A DNA stretch of 64,000 nt from Candidatus Brocadiia bacterium (lineage in GTDB: Bacteria; Planctomycetota; Brocadiia; CAIUPP01): contig JBEKCB010000011.1 of the NCBI GenBank assembly GCA_050015075.1, positions 59,209 to 123,208 of the forward strand, in the 5' to 3' direction. Position 1 is the stretch's first letter, and every line of letters starts with the position of its first letter. Under the pieces are notes generated by a model that made no database searches, was not told the DNA's origin, and was given only the letters and a program-made list of their open reading frames with translations. Shown one piece after another: positions 29,725-38,256 of this stretch. A program made the position numbers and the translations under genes.

Positions 29725-29754
29725 TTACGGATCATCCGCAAAGGCGCGCCGGCC

Positions 29755-31293
29755 ATGCTGAGCCTGATGGGCTTCTGCCGTTCCAGATCGCACTGGCTGC
29801 TCCTCGCCGCGATCGTCCTGCTCGGCGGCTGGCTGCGGTGCTCCCGGCTCGACCTGATGGAGTTCAAGTCCGACGAGCGGGAACTGCACAGACTGGCTGA
29901 AAAGCAGGCGAGCGGGCAGTGGCAGTTCTCAGGACTCGTCTCGAGCACGGGACTGCGGAATCCGCCGATGGCAGTCTACCTCTTCGCGATTCCGGCGCTC
30001 GTTTCGAGCGACCCCATTGCGCTGGCGATGCTGCCGGCGCTGCTCAATACGCTGGCGATCGCGCTGACGTACTTCCTCGCGCGCCGATTCCTGTCGCCCG
30101 GCGGCGCGCTGGCTGCGGCGCTGCTCTTCGCCGTCGCGCCGTGGGCGGTCATCGAGTCGAGAAAAATCTGGGCGCAGGACCTGCTGCCGTTCTTCACGGT
30201 CCTCTTTTTCATCTTCGCCTTCGCCTGGCTGCGCGAGGGGCGATGGCGCCACGCGCTGGCCATGGCCGTCACACTCTCGGTCCTCAACCAGATTCACTAC
30301 TCGAGCGTGGCGCTCTGGCTGATCCTGCTGTTCCTGCTCTGGCGGAGACGTTCGAAGCGCGCGCTGAAGCAACTGGCAGTCGGCGCCGCGCTATACACCG
30401 TCCTGTGGGCGCCGTTCGCTGTGGTGGTGCTGCGCGGCGACGCGTTTGCGAAGGGCGATTATCGGCCGGTCCAGGCCAGCATCCGGGAAACGCCGGCCCA
30501 CGGCGCCAGGGCGATGTGGTGGCAGGCGCAACTGATGGGATACGGCGGATTCGAGTCGCTGCTGGGCGTCTCGGCGCAGGATCTCTCCGGCCCAATGCCG
30601 CCGGCCGCATGGTTCACCGTCGCGTGCATGATACTGATCGTCGGCGGGCTGGCTGCCGCGATTCTCCGCCTCCGCGCACGGCCCGAATTATGGCTGCCGC
30701 TGCTGTGGTTCCTCCTGCCGACGGTGCTTCTCTCCATTCACCGGGTGATGTTTCATTACTTCATCGTCTGCTGGCCCGTCACATTCCTGCTTGCGGCGCT
30801 CTTCGGCGAATCGGTCTGGCAGTGGCTGCAAGGCCGGGCGCCGGGGATTGTCGCCTGGAGCGGCGCAGTCGCGGTTCTCGTCGCGCTCGGCCTGGCCGCG
30901 CTGGCTTGGGAAGAGGTCAGCGCGACGCGCGATTTGCTGGACTTCGTCTCCGCGAACGACGGCACGCTCGGCGAATACGGCGTCTGCTACCGCGAGAAGC
31001 TTGCGGTCGCGAGCTACCTGATTGGCGAGGTTCCCGACGGCCGGTTCAAGCTGGTTGATCACTCTCATCCCGAGCCGGATGCCGCAGATTATGGCTATCT
31101 CGTCACCCGGCTGCGGAGCCGCCGGCCCGCGAAACCCGAAGCGGCCCGTTTCCCGAAGCCGCCGCTGTTTGTCGTGGAGAGGCCCGGAGCCGAAGAAGGA
31201 ATGCGCGATCCGAAGATCTGGGAAGATCGAGGCGCCGCGCCGGTTGGCGCACTCAGCGTCCATTGTTTCGTGCCGCGGGACGGAGAGAACTGA
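29755..31293 (+). CDS. ArnT/PMT-like (GT-C) membrane glycosyltransferase
   Basis: EFKSDE loop motif, NPP, many TM helices, SRKIW. Confidence 0.8.
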   Translation: MLSLMGFCRSRSHWLLLAAIVLLGGWLRCSRLDLMEFKSDERELHRLAEKQASGQWQFSGLVSSTGLRNPPMAVYLFAIPALVSSDPIALAMLPALLNTLAIALTYFLARRFLSPGGALAAALLFAVAPWAVIESRKIWAQDLLPFFTVLFFIFAFAWLREGRWRHALAMAVTLSVLNQIHYSSVALWLILLFLLWRRRSKRALKQLAVGAALYTVLWAPFAVVVLRGDAFAKGDYRPVQASIRETPAHGARAMWWQAQLMGYGGFESLLGVSAQDLSGPMPPAAWFTVACMILIVGGLAAAILRLRARPELWLPLLWFLLPTVLLSIHRVMFHYFIVCWPVTFLLAALFGESVWQWLQGRAPGIVAWSGAVAVLVALGLAALAWEEVSATRDLLDFVSANDGTLGEYGVCYREKLAVASYLIGEVPDGRFKLVDHSHPEPDAADYGYLVTRLRSRRPAKPEAARFPKPPLFVVERPGAEEGMRDPKIWEDRGAAPVGALSVHCFVPRDGEN

Positions 31294-31364
31294 AGGCGAA
31301 TCCAGAAGCCGTTTTTCGCGCTTTCGCGGTCAAAACAGTCGTATCGTTGTCTGGAGAGCAGGCC

Positions 31365-32069
31365 ATGAAGAAGCCGCACATCGAGATCGAATGCAAGCTG
31401 ATCGCGCGCGACGCCTCCGCGCTGGCGGGCGTGCATCAGGCGCTCCGGGAAATCTGTTCGAGCGTACGTCATCTCGGGCGCGAAGTGATCCGTGACGCCT
31501 ACCTGGAAACGCCCGACTGGCGCCTGTACCGCGCCGGCTACGCCTGCCGCATCCGCAGGACATCGCGGCGTCCGGCCGGCCGCGCCGTACTCGGTCTCAA
31601 ATCGCTCCGGCGACCGCTGCATGGCGTCAGCATGCGCGAGGAACTGGAGCGGGTCGTCCCGTCGAGCCGCTGCCGGCGCGGCCTGTCCGCCGCGCTGCGC
31701 CGCGAGGGCGACCTGGGCGCAAAAATCCTGGGCATCCTCGACGGACGAAAGGCGCGCGTGATCTTCCGGATTCGGAACCGGCGCGATACGTACGCTGTGC
31801 GGTTCGGCAAGCGCCTCCGCGCGCTCGTCAGTCTCGACGACTTCACGCTGATTGCCGGCCTGAAGCGACGCCGCCTTGCGGAAGTGGAAATCGAGATCCA
31901 GCAGGGGAGCGCGGAAGAGTTGCGTGAACTCGCCCGGCTGCTGATTCCACGAGTCGGCCTGAGCGCGCAGACCCGCGCGAAATTCAAGCAGGGGCTCGAA
32001 CTGGCAGGGCTTACGCCGAGCGGGAAGGCTTGCTTGCCGGCCACCGGCGCGGTACACTGCAAATCGTAA
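31365..32069 (+). CDS. CYTH domain protein
   Basis: EIECK (ExExK), D.YLET.D..L, RIR, REELE, EVEIE. Confidence 0.85.
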   Translation: MKKPHIEIECKLIARDASALAGVHQALREICSSVRHLGREVIRDAYLETPDWRLYRAGYACRIRRTSRRPAGRAVLGLKSLRRPLHGVSMREELERVVPSSRCRRGLSAALRREGDLGAKILGILDGRKARVIFRIRNRRDTYAVRFGKRLRALVSLDDFTLIAGLKRRRLAEVEIEIQQGSAEELRELARLLIPRVGLSAQTRAKFKQGLELAGLTPSGKACLPATGAVHCKS

Positions 32070-32079
32070 CGAACAGAGC

Positions 32080-32156
32080 GCGCCCGTAGCTCAATTGGAT
32101 AGAGTCGCGGGCTTCGAACCCGAAGGTTGCAGGTTCAAGTCCTGCCGGGCGCGCCA
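32080..32156 (+). tRNA. tRNA-Arg(UCG)
   Basis: GCGCCCG/CGGGCGC-G-CCA acceptor, anticodon loop CTTCGAA, T-arm GCAGG-TTCAAGT-CCTGC. Confidence 0.93.
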
Positions 32157-32228
32157 TAAAACTCATGCGCCTGCCGACGAATAATCGGCGGGCGCTCTTG
32201 TTTCCTGCGGCGGTCGGGGGAATACGCA

Positions 32229-32315
32229 AATCGTACTCGTCCTCGTCGTCGTCCTCGTCCTCAAATTGCCGTTCTGAACGGCCGAGGCCGAGGACGACGA
32301 CGAGGACGAGAACGA
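32229..32315. repeat. Palindromic element family A
   Basis: AATCGTACTCGTCCTCGTCGTCGTCCTCGTCCTC-aaattgccgttctgaacggc-CGAGG..GACGACGACGAGGACGAG. Confidence 0.85.
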
Positions 32316-32325
32316 CGCGCACGCG

Positions 32326-32371
32326 TTAAAACAAATAGCCGCTGCTGTGTCCCTTCCACAGCAGCGGCTAT
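32326..32371 (-). terminator. Intrinsic terminator of cspA
   Basis: 15-bp stem ATAGCCGCTGCTGTG/CACAGCAGCGGCTAT followed by a U-rich tract on the minus strand. Confidence 0.85.
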
Positions 32372-32395
32372 CGCGTCTATCAGGCTGTCAGCCTG

Positions 32396-32602
32396 TTAGC
32401 TCACCTTCGACACGTTCGTGGCACGCGGGCCCTTCTGGCCTTTTTCGACGTCGAACGTCACGACGTCGTTCTCAGCCAGGCTCTTGAAGCCGCTGCCCTG
32501 AATCGCGGAATGATGAACGAACACGTCCGGGCTGCCGTCGTCCGGCGTAATGAAGCCAAAGCCCTTCTGATCACTGAACCACTTCACCTTACCTTGCGCC
32601 AT
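32396..32602 (-). CDS. cspA: Cold-shock protein
   Basis: [26 protein letters not shown]. Confidence 0.97.
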   Translation of the reverse strand: MAQGKVKWFSDQKGFGFITPDDGSPDVFVHHSAIQGSGFKSLAENDVVTFDVEKGQKGPRATNVSKVS

Positions 32603-32943
32603 GTGTCTTTCCTCTCATGCGCCTGCCTCGGCACGAATCCTCATTCGGTGAGCCGCCACATCGGGGCCCATTCGCCGGAACGAGGACGATTCGCCATCCG
32701 GGCGATTAGGTCGCGCCGTTACACGCACAGTCGGGAGAATGCCTGCGATAGAACATGTGCAAGGTAAACGGGGAAGGGAATAGGCAGGTCAGCGAGGATA
32801 CGTCCGCATCGCTTGAGCCAACCAACGGGCACGGGCAGGCCACGCGACCCGCCGCGCCTTGTGTCCACCTCTGCACCACGAAGCCCTTCTACAGTCTTCT
32901 CGTCCGCTGCGGCCCTTACGGGCCAAACCTAACTACTGGAACC

Positions 32944-32972
32944 AGTATACCGCGAAAACGCTGGATTGTCAA
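32944..32972 (-). promoter_or_regulatory. Consensus sigma70 promoter for cspA
   Basis: TTGACA-17 nt-TATACT. Confidence 0.75.
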
Positions 32973-33152
32973 GGACGATTTCACACTATTCCGTGCCGAG
33001 CGTTTGCCCGTCGCGAACGGAGCCCGCCTCGGTTCCTGGGTTCGAATCCCGTCGGACAGTTTACAACCGGGCGTCTTGGAGTTACATTCATGAAGTCCCG
33101 GCCGCTCCGGCGGCCGGGCGACAGGCGGTGAGCGCAGGCAACGGAGGTGACC

Positions 33153-33953
33153 ATGATACGCGTTGCAATCAACGGCGCGGCGGGGCGGATGGGCCGCCGG
33201 CTGGTGGACCTGGTGTCGCACGAGCAGGGGATGAAGGTCGTCGCCGCGTTCGAGCAGCCCGGGCATGCGGACTTGGGGCGCGACGCGGGCGAGCTGTGCG
33301 GCTGTGGAAAGCTCGGCGTTTCGCTCGCGAGCGATTGGACGGCGCCCGCGGACGTCCTGATTGATTTCAGCCTGCCCGCCGCGGCCGTGGCGCGCGCGGC
33401 CGAGGCCGCCGGCAAGGGCGTTGCGCTGGTCATCGGCACCACCGGGCTGACCGCCGATCAGAAAGCCGCCATCGCCGCCGCCGCGAAGAAAGTGCCGGTG
33501 CTCCACTCGCCGAACATGAGCGTCGGCGTCAATCTGCTCTTCCGGCTTGCGGCTGAAGTGGCCGCGGCGCTGGGCGAGGAGTACGACATCGAGATCATCG
33601 AGGCGCATCACCGGTTCAAGAAAGACGCGCCCAGCGGCACCGCGCTGCGCATCGCCGAGGAAATCGCCGCCGCCACCGGCCGGAGCCTGGCGAAGGACGC
33701 CGTCTATGGCCGGCACGGCGCGTCCGCGGAGCGGAAACCGGGCGAAATCGGCATCCACGCCGTGCGCGCCGGCGACATCGTCGGCGACCACACGGTCCTA
33801 TTCTCGGGGCTGGGAGAACGCGTCGAGGTCGTCCACCGCGCCGAATCGCGCGACACCTTCGCTCGCGGCGCCATCCGCGCCGCGAAGTTCCTCGTCGGGA
33901 AGAAGCCGGGGATGTACGCGATGGCCGACGTGCTCAGGCCGGCAGGGAAGTGA
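33153..33953 (+). CDS. dapB: 4-hydroxy-tetrahydrodipicolinate reductase
   Basis: GAAGRMG, IGTTG, EAHHRFKKDAPSGTA, FARGA. Confidence 0.97.
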   Translation: MIRVAINGAAGRMGRRLVDLVSHEQGMKVVAAFEQPGHADLGRDAGELCGCGKLGVSLASDWTAPADVLIDFSLPAAAVARAAEAAGKGVALVIGTTGLTADQKAAIAAAAKKVPVLHSPNMSVGVNLLFRLAAEVAAALGEEYDIEIIEAHHRFKKDAPSGTALRIAEEIAAATGRSLAKDAVYGRHGASAERKPGEIGIHAVRAGDIVGDHTVLFSGLGERVEVVHRAESRDTFARGAIRAAKFLVGKKPGMYAMADVLRPAGK

Positions 33954-33970
33954 TAGCGGACTTCTTGCGG

Positions 33971-34387
33971 TTATCTGGCAGCGCGCATTTTTCGTCGTCG
34001 GGGCCCCGGCATGACGCGTTTCGCCGGGCGAGTGCGATCGCCATGGCTGTACTTTGCCTCGCGCTCGCGGAGGATGTCCACGCAGTACGAATTCAGGCTC
34101 CGCCGATGGCGATGAGCATCAATGGCCAGATCTCTGTGCAGATCCTTGCCGACACGCACCACGAACTTACCGGAGTATTCTCTCCCGGCTGTAGGCTCGG
34201 GCAGCGGTTCGCCATCCTCCTGGTGAATGCGGATCCATTCCTCGACGGCCTCGCACAATTCCTGGTACACCTTCGTCTCGTTCCGGCCGTGAACGCCCCC
34301 GAGCATCAAGCCGGGACACGTCCCGACATAACAGCCGTCTTCTTCCGACCACTCGACGATTTTCAGATACCGGTCGCTCGGTTTCAT
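33971..34387 (-). CDS. hicB: HicB antitoxin
   Basis: VEWSEED.CYVG.CP, EPLPEP, YSGKFVVRV..DLH, SLN. Confidence 0.88.
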   Translation of the reverse strand: MKPSDRYLKIVEWSEEDGCYVGTCPGLMLGGVHGRNETKVYQELCEAVEEWIRIHQEDGEPLPEPTAGREYSGKFVVRVGKDLHRDLAIDAHRHRRSLNSYCVDILREREAKYSHGDRTRPAKRVMPGPRRRKMRAAR

Positions 34388-34578
34388 CGTCCCGCCTCCT
34401 CGACGGCCTTTGCCACATCCCGCTCCTGGTAACGTTTGGCGTCGCCACCGGGGTTCCCGCTGATCGTGATCTTGATGCCTTTCATGTGTTTGAAGTTCCG
34501 GTGGCTGCCCTTGCCTCCCCGATCAACGAAGCCGACTTTCTCAAGATCGCGGATCAACTCCCTGATCTTCCTCGGCAT
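34384..34578 (-). CDS. hicA: HicA mRNA interferase toxin
   Basis: KIRELI.DL...GF...GKGSH, GGDAKRYQ; ATGA overlap with hicB. Confidence 0.9.
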   Translation of the reverse strand: MPRKIRELIRDLEKVGFVDRGGKGSHRNFKHMKGIKITISGNPGGDAKRYQERDVAKAVEEAGR

Positions 34579-34611
34579 AGTTATAGTACCATAATAGTAT
34601 CATTATGTCAA
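34579..34611 (-). promoter_or_regulatory. hicAB promoter/operator (probably leaderless)
   Basis: TTGACA-17-TACTAT only 4 nt before the ATG; tandem ATAGTA(C/T)CAT repeats overlap it. Confidence 0.65.
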
Positions 34612-34630
34612 GGAGAAAGTTCAGGCCGTC

Positions 34631-36010
34631 TTACGCAAGGGCTTCCGGCTTTTCGAGGAGTTCCTTCACGCGCTTGAGGAACCTGGCGGCGATGGCGCCG
34701 TCCACGGCGCGGTGGTCGGCGCTGAGGGTGCAGGACATCATCGAGCGAACCTGGATGCCGCCGGCGATGACGACGGGCTTCTGCGCGATCCGGCCGACGC
34801 CGAGGATCGCGCTCTCGCCCGGGTTGATGACCGGGATGAAGTTGTCCACGTCGAACATCCCCAGGTTGCTGATGGTGAGACAGCCGCCTTCGTATTCGTC
34901 CGGCAGCAGGCGCTTGGAGCGCGCCTTTTCGATCATCTGAGCGGAAGTCCGCGCGGTCGCGGCCAGGTCGAGCTGGTCGGCGTTCCGGATGACCGGCACG
35001 ATCAGCCCCTCGTCGAGCGCGACCGCCAGCCCGATGTTGATCTCGGCGCGCACGCGGATGTGGTCGCCGCCCCAGATCACGTTCATCATCGGATTTTCGC
35101 CGAGCGACTTCGCGCAGGCGCGGATCAGCAGGTCGTGGAATCCGACGCGCGTCTTTCCTCCCGCCTTCGCTGAAGCTTCCGCGGGCGAGTCCGCGTTGAG
35201 CTTCGCGCGGAGGGCCGCCGCGGCGGTCATGTCCACCTCCATCGTCAGATAGAAGTGGGGCGCTTCCCGCTTGGATTTCGCCATTCGTTCCGCGACGATC
35301 CGGCGCATGGGCGTGAGTTCGACGCGCCGCTCGCGCGCGGCCGCCGGGCGCGCCGGCGCCGCCTGGGCGGCCAGCACGTCTTCTTTCGAGATTTTTCCGC
35401 CGGGCCCGGTTCCGCGCAGCGCCGTCAGGTCAATGCCGCGCTCGCAGGCGATCTCGATCGCAGTCGGCGTCGCGCGGACCTGTTCTCTACGCTCGAGATA
35501 CGCCGACACGTCCTTCTCGACGATGCGGCCGCCGGGCCCGCTCCCGCGGAGGATCTGGAGCGGCACGCGCGCCTCCCTGGCGCGCATGCGCGCGCGAGGG
35601 GAGACGAGGATTCGGCCGGACGGACCGGGAATCGCCTCGACTTCGGCCTCGACTCCGGCAGACGCAGCGACCGACGCGCCTTCCAAGGCCGGCTTCGCGG
35701 CCGACGCCTCGGCGGCTTTTTCGCCGCGCGCGGCGGCCAGGAGTTCCGCGAGGTTGTCCGGCAGCGCGTCGGCCGGCTCGCCGGCGAGCGCGATGACGGT
35801 GTTGACCGGCAGGGTGACTTTCTCCGGCGCGAGGATCTTCTTCAGGGTGCCGACGATGGAGGATTCGACCTCGAGCGTGGCCTTGTCGGTGGTGATCTCG
35901 AGGATCACGTCGCCTTTCCGGATCGGGTCGCCTTCGGCCTTGCGCCATTTCTCGACGGAGGCCTCGGTCATCGTCTCGCCGAGCTTCGGCAGGAGGATCT
36001 GTTGAATCAT
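34631..36010 (-). CDS. Dihydrolipoamide acyltransferase (E2) with one lipoyl and two subunit-binding domains
   Basis: EITTDKA lipoyl motif, two GxGPGG.I repeats, DHRAVDG. Confidence 0.93.
   Translation of the reverse strand: MIQQILLPKLGETMTEASVEKWRKAEGDPIRKGDVILEITTDKATLEVESSIVGTLKKILAPEKVTLPVNTVIALAGEPADALPDNLAELLAAARGEKAAEASAAKPALEGASVAASAGVEAEVEAIPGPSGRILVSPRARMRAREARVPLQILRGSGPGGRIVEKDVSAYLERREQVRATPTAIEIACERGIDLTALRGTGPGGKISKEDVLAAQAAPARPAAARERRVELTPMRRIVAERMAKSKREAPHFYLTMEVDMTAAAALRAKLNADSPAEASAKAGGKTRVGFHDLLIRACAKSLGENPMMNVIWGGDHIRVRAEINIGLAVALDEGLIVPVIRNADQLDLAATARTSAQMIEKARSKRLLPDEYEGGCLTISNLGMFDVDNFIPVINPGESAILGVGRIAQKPVVIAGGIQVRSMMSCTLSADHRAVDGAIAARFLKRVKELLEKPEALA
35158..35189. 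repeat. Palindromic element family D inserted in frame in E2
   Basis: CTCCCGCCTTCGCTGAAGCTTCCGCGGGCGAG encodes SPAEASAKAG between LNAD and KTRV. Confidence 0.55.
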
Positions 36011-36046
36011 GGCGGCATCTCTTCCTTCATCGTTGCGGGCCGGGCG

Positions 36047-37021
36047 CTACTTCAGGGTTTCGCGGATCGCCTTCTCGATCGCCGCCTCGTTGGGAATCGC
36101 GGCGTCTTCGAGAGGAGGACTCATCGGGACGGGCACGTTCGCCGCGCAGAGGCGGGCGATCGGCGCGTCGAGGTAATCGAAGGCGTGCTCGTTGACGCGG
36201 AAAGCGATCTCGCTGACGGCATTGTTCTCGGTGCACCCTTCGGAGACGAGGAGCAGCCGGCCGGTCTTCTTGACGGACTGAAGCAGGCAGCGCAGGTCGA
36301 GCGGCCGGAGACAGCGCAGGTCAATCATCTCCGCGTCCACGCCCTGGCCGGCGAGTTTCTGGCAGACCGCGTTGCAGCGCAGCGCCATCCGGGAATAGCT
36401 GGCGACGGTGATCTGCTTTCCTTCGCGCCGGATGGCCGCCTGGCCGAGGGGCAGAACGTAATCGCCGTCGGGCACCTCGCCCTTCGTGCCGTACAGCATC
36501 TTGTGCTCGATGAAGAGGACCGGGTCGTTCGAGCGGATGGCGGCCTTGAGCAGGCCCTTTGCGTCGTAGGGAGTGGACGGGCAGACGATCAGGATTCCGG
36601 GCACGTGCAGGAACCACGCCTCGAGGCTCTGCGAGTGCTGCGCGGCGATGCTGCGGCCGGCGCCGCCTTCCGTGCGCAGGACCATCGGCACGCAGGTCTT
36701 GCCGCCGAACATGTAGCGGTTCTTGGCGCCCTGGTTGCAGAACTGGTCCATGGCGATGGTCATGAAATCCATGTACATGATCTCGGCGACGGGCCGGTAG
36801 CCGCACATGGCCGCGCCGACGGCAGCGCCGGCGATGGCCGCCTCGGAGATGGCGGAATCGCGCACGCGCTCCGCGCCGAATTCCTCGTACAGCCCGCGGG
36901 TGGCGCCGTAAGCCCCGCCGTAGATCGCCACGTCCTCGCCGATGATGAACACGCGCGGATCGCGGATCATCTCCTCGCGCAACGCGTCACGGACCGCCTG
37001 CCAGTAACAAATCTCAGCCAT
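36047..37021 (-). CDS. 2-oxoacid/acetoin dehydrogenase E1 beta subunit
   Basis: GEDV..YGG, ISEAAI, RPVAEIMY.DF, AAQHSQ. Confidence 0.93.
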   Translation of the reverse strand: MAEICYWQAVRDALREEMIRDPRVFIIGEDVAIYGGAYGATRGLYEEFGAERVRDSAISEAAIAGAAVGAAMCGYRPVAEIMYMDFMTIAMDQFCNQGAKNRYMFGGKTCVPMVLRTEGGAGRSIAAQHSQSLEAWFLHVPGILIVCPSTPYDAKGLLKAAIRSNDPVLFIEHKMLYGTKGEVPDGDYVLPLGQAAIRREGKQITVASYSRMALRCNAVCQKLAGQGVDAEMIDLRCLRPLDLRCLLQSVKKTGRLLLVSEGCTENNAVSEIAFRVNEHAFDYLDAPIARLCAANVPVPMSPPLEDAAIPNEAAIEKAIRETLK

Positions 37022-37060
37022 GTCTTGTTTCCAGATTCAGGTCTCTTGAAGTCATTGGTT

Positions 37061-38092
37061 TCAGTGTGCCGGACTGTACGGTTCCAGGCCGTATTTCCCC
37101 TCGATCCACTCCGCGTAAACGTCCTCGAGCAGCGTGCTCGGATCCGGGTACGGGCTCTGGTTGAGCGCGAAATCCTCCGCCTCGGCCAGTTCCCGGTCCA
37201 CGTCCTTCTGGAGCGCCGCGACTTCGGCCTCGGTCAGCGCACCCTGGGAGATGACGTGCTGCGAAAAGAGCGTGATCGGATCGCGGTCATGCCAGTACTG
37301 CTCCTCTTCCTTTGTGCGGTACTTGCGCGGATCGCTGCGAGAATGGCCGCGATAACGATAGGTCTTGCACTCGACCAGCATCGGGCCGCCGCCGGTGCGG
37401 GCGGCCGCCACGGCCTTTTCGACCGCGGCCTTGACCTCGAGGACCTTCTGCCCGTCAATCGTCACGCCGGGCATGTTGTAGGAAGAGGCACGGACGGAGA
37501 TGTCCTGCACGGCGCAGGCGCGCGCGGTGGAGACGGACATGCCGTAAAGGTTGTTCTCGCAGACGTAGATGACCGGCAACTTCCAGACGCCGGCCATGTT
37601 CAGGGACTCGTGGAACGTGCCGTTGTTCGAGGCGCCGTCGCCGAAGAAGCAGAGGACCACCTGCCCCTTGCCGTTGAGCTTGCAGGCGAGCGCGGCGCCG
37701 GTGGCGACGGGGATGTTGCCGCCGACGATGCCGGTCGCGCCGAGGTTCCCGGCCTTCACGTCGGCAATGTGCATCGAGCCGCCTTTGCCCTTACAGTAGC
37801 CGGTGGCCTTGCCGCAGAGTTCGGCGAGCATGTACTTGAGCTCGCCGCCGCGCGCAACGCAATGGCCGTGGCCGCGGTGCGTGCTGGTGATGTAGTCCTC
37901 CGGCCCGATGGCCGCGCACGCGCCGACGCCGACGGCTTCCTCGCCGGCGTAGACGTGCGACGCGCCCTTGAGGACGTCGCGCCCGAGCAGGTCGAAGACC
38001 TTCTCCTCGAAGGCGCGGATCATCATCATCTTGCGAAGGTAATTCGTCCATTCCGCTTTGTGCGGATGCTCTTTAGCCGCCTGCTTGCTCAT
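37061..38092 (-). CDS. 2-oxoacid/acetoin dehydrogenase E1 alpha subunit
   Basis: STHRGHGH, GKGGSMH, TPP motif GDGA...ENN, TYRYRGHS. Confidence 0.93.
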   Translation of the reverse strand: MSKQAAKEHPHKAEWTNYLRKMMMIRAFEEKVFDLLGRDVLKGASHVYAGEEAVGVGACAAIGPEDYITSTHRGHGHCVARGGELKYMLAELCGKATGYCKGKGGSMHIADVKAGNLGATGIVGGNIPVATGAALACKLNGKGQVVLCFFGDGASNNGTFHESLNMAGVWKLPVIYVCENNLYGMSVSTARACAVQDISVRASSYNMPGVTIDGQKVLEVKAAVEKAVAAARTGGGPMLVECKTYRYRGHSRSDPRKYRTKEEEQYWHDRDPITLFSQHVISQGALTEAEVAALQKDVDRELAEAEDFALNQSPYPDPSTLLEDVYAEWIEGKYGLEPYSPAH

Positions 38093-38256
38093 TGGAATCC
38101 TCGTACCGGGTTCCGTCACGCCGGGGATCGGCGCGAATAAGACGTTTCGGCGCAGCTTATTCCATAGATGCCCGAATCATGTTATCGCAACGCGGCGGAC
38201 AGGTCAACTGAGTCGGAGTTGCGAAAGTTCCGCCGCGCCCTGCCGGCGTCGGCGGC

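Noticed and set aside
33030-33055. GGGTTCGAATCCC T-arm-like motif (a similar one lies near 13105)
   Set aside because: No D-arm, anticodon arm or acceptor stem could be built. Too short to call a tRNA remnant or att site.
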